Notes under the pieces: model-generated
The model's database searches: none
What the model was told of the DNA's origin: nothing
What the model saw: only the letters and a program-made list of their open reading frames with translations
Translations under genes and position numbers: made by a program
Part shown: piece by piece, positions 59,566 through 59,804 of the stretch
How the letters are laid out: every line of letters begins with the position of its first letter
How positions within the stretch are numbered: the first letter of the stretch is position 1
NCBI GenBank assembly: GCA_049970495.1
Contig: JBMFMV010000005.1
Location: forward strand, 1-59,804
Length of the DNA: 59,804 nt
Reading direction: 5' to 3'
Source of the DNA: a bacterium
GTDB lineage: Bacteria > DUMJ01

Positions 59566-59804
59566 ATGAAAAACCAGCGAGGAGCATTGTTTTTATTCCT
59601 TACCCCTGCTTTCTTGATTATGTTTTTTATAGCAATAGTCCCTTTTGTATTCGCTATAATAATGAGTTTAGTCAATCTTAACATAATGTATACTTCTCCG
59701 CTTCACTTTGTTGGTTTAAATAATTATTTGACTCTTCTTACTGACGAAAGGGCATTAAATGCTTTTAGAAATACAGGAATTTTTGTCGGGGTAGCTGTAA
59801 GTAT
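59566..59804 (+). CDS. Sugar ABC permease (partial, runs off the window)
   Basis: GGAGG RBS, then MKNQRGALFLFLTPAF...PF...MSL...FVGLNNY..LL.D......F.NT. Confidence 0.88.
   Translation, partial: MKNQRGALFLFLTPAFLIMFFIAIVPFVFAIIMSLVNLNIMYTSPLHFVGLNNYLTLLTDERALNAFRNTGIFVGVAVS

Overview
AT-rich bacterial chromosomal window, roughly 35-37% GC by eye. It has strong GGAGG ribosome-binding sites, sigma70 promoters and a CIRCE element, plus diderm markers (two TolC, an RseB/MucB homolog, LptB, periplasmic binding proteins without a lipobox). This suggests a Dictyoglomota-like anaerobic thermophile (inference only). Blocks, in order: (1) 1-5.1 kb minus strand: partial B12 radical SAM, rfbD, NDP-sugar synthase, M24-fold protein, YkuK, HU, galM. 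(2) 5.3-10.8 kb envelope-stress operon: ECF sigma, zinc anti-sigma, RseB/MucB, HtrA, two TolC. (3) Sirtuin, GT-C glycosyltransferase, YcjQ-like dehydrogenase, MFS. (4) A 17.5 kb minus-strand carbohydrate locus of unknown substrate: two URO-D-fold proteins, two GH4 (one internally deleted), a GH30-like hydrolase, FGGY kinase, fucose-isomerase-like protein, class I aldolase, DeoR, a broken SGNH esterase, and an ATPase-less family-5 ABC importer. (5) A 19 kb housekeeping run: dppABCDF-pheST-cvpA-polX-tkt-ftsEX-envC-ctpA-deacetylase-lptB-proB. (6) CIRCE-groESL and mntP. (7) A 1.7 kb accessory scar: a ~45 bp direct repeat flanking an unannotated ACG-start zinc-finger ORF, an attC-like hairpin and a PIN toxin-antitoxin pair, followed by IS remnants. 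(8) A SorC regulator with a sugar ABC transporter. The best candidates for something new are the URO-D/GH4/isomerase-kinase-aldolase locus, the repeat-bounded TA/attC-like cassette, and a structured intergenic RNA candidate near 33.3 kb. No rRNA, tRNA or CRISPR array was seen.
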